A stretch of DNA of 64,000 bases from Camelus ferus (Eukaryota), in the NCBI RefSeq assembly GCF_009834535.1, contig NC_045696.1, positions 42,286,001 through 42,350,000 on the forward strand, in the 5' to 3' direction. A program made the translations under genes and the position numbers. Under the pieces are notes generated by a model that saw only the letters and a list, made by a program, of their open reading frames with translations, was not told the origin of the DNA and made no database searches. Shown here one piece after another: positions 62,621 through 64,000 of the stretch (the stretch's first letter is position 1; each line of letters begins with the position of its first letter).

Positions 62621-64000
62621 TATGATCCGTGTTTGCAGAAGAACAGACGTCCTTCTACTCTTCTTTTTAACACAGGTATTTGCAACTCCTGGATGTGTGG
62701 GATGAGCTGCCAGCTCCTTAATCACAACCAGCAAGGCTATACTCAGAGAAGGAGTGACTGCTTTGTAGAAAAAAGAATCAACTCAAACATAATAGTAACA
62801 CACGTTTTGTGCTTCAGGGTTTTGTAGATTCACTTACTTAAATCCCAGTCTGCTAATCCTGTGAGTGAATGTGAGTGTGAGTGTGAGTGTAAGGACACTT
62901 GGCCCAGTGCAAAGCAGGTACTTAACAAATTCTTGACAATAGAGTTGATGATAGTAGAAAGCACTGTGTGACTGAAGCCCAGAGCCAGGCACACAGTAGG
63001 TGCACAACAAGCAGCAGTCAGCAGGACGGGCGGGCTGGGTGCATGGTGGGTCTGCGGCCGCTGCAGGTTCCTTCTCTCTCTGAGGTGAGCTCGCTCCATC
63101 AGCAGAGAAGCTGCTTTGTCCCCGCTGTGATCACCCAGCATTCCTACAGCCGCATGTCCATCTTCCAGGCTTTCTCTCCTCCTCTGCTTCTCAACATTTG
63201 CAAATCTACTAAAATGCTCCCTTGAGCCTTGTGGGCTGGTAAGAAAGGTCTGTGTCCTCACAACCACATGCACGTGACAAGTGAGCCTGGGTTATTCCGG
63301 TTTGTCAAGCTTTTCTTCAGCTCTCAGTAGGATCAGTAAAATTATGACCTTAAACCATAACTTTCCAGTTAATAATAATCTCTTTATTGTTGACACAATA
63401 AAACAAACCAGTAGGAAAAAAATCAAGGGCCAGCCATGCCTTTGCTTGGATAAGTGTGGCCATTTGAGTCAGCACACACTTGTGGACATTTAAACAAAGA
63501 GAATTAGGAATGGAGATGACCAATAAGGCTTAAGTATGAACTGTCTGGAGCCTCCATAATCTCGGACTTAAAAATAAATTTTAGGTAGTTCTCACAAGGG
63601 ATTTCACTCTCTTTTCTTCCTATTCTGCTCCCCTTGTATAAAAGAAAGTGATTACTTTGGTAACTGATGTAAGAAAAATTAGTTAAAATATTTTTTGATT
63701 TTAACAGCTAAAATAATGGTCCATCTCTCCTTTTCTGTTTGTCTCTGCGTTGATAAAGTCTTGTTACTGTTGACATTAGGATGCTCTAGGTTTGAAGGAG
63801 CCACTAGATTCTAGTCAGTAACTTATCATTCGCTGACAAGTTTCTCAGATAACACCAAGCCAATTAATCCTAGCCTGATGAGCTTTTGACAGAGGTTTTC
63901 TTTTAACGATAACACAGCCTAAGTTTATGCAGCTTCTTCCCTTAAGGAATTCAGCCTGATCTTCCTTTCATACTTAATAATGTAACCTGGTCCTCCAGCT

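Noticed and set aside
1..64000. CRISPR array, prokaryotic operon, numt or non-retroviral endogenous viral element
   Set aside because: No repeat-spacer array and no recognisable prokaryotic, mitochondrial or viral protein similarity. A highly degraded element cannot be excluded without tBLASTn.

Overview
Mammalian genomic DNA, most likely a camelid (Camelus/Vicugna/Lama), judged from two Vic-1-like tRNA-derived SINEs and camelid-type L1 3' ends. The window is mostly non-coding. The first ~2.2 kb looks like the end of a terminal exon/3'UTR of a gene I cannot name. The rest is intergenic and dense in fossil transposons: L1, L2, L3/CR1, MIR, ERV1/ERVL/MaLR solo LTRs, Tigger and hAT-Charlie elements. 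I found no intact protein-coding gene, RNA gene or CRISPR array, and the longer ORFs in the track are repeat-derived. I did not find a convincing new biological system. The best signals are: (i) four CTCF-like motifs in divergent (<< >>) orientation at 49.5-58.8 kb, typical of a TAD boundary; (ii) a repeat-free block at ~12.1-12.7 kb with a strong splice acceptor and poly(A) signals; (iii) several unusual retrotransposition products (a TSD-bounded internally deleted L1, a twin-primed inverted L1, a tail-less L1 fragment duplicating a transposon end, and a templated insertion); (iv) a near-complete fossil hAT transposase. Repeat family names come from recall of consensus sequences, not a database search. 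Boundaries are approximate unless TSDs are given.
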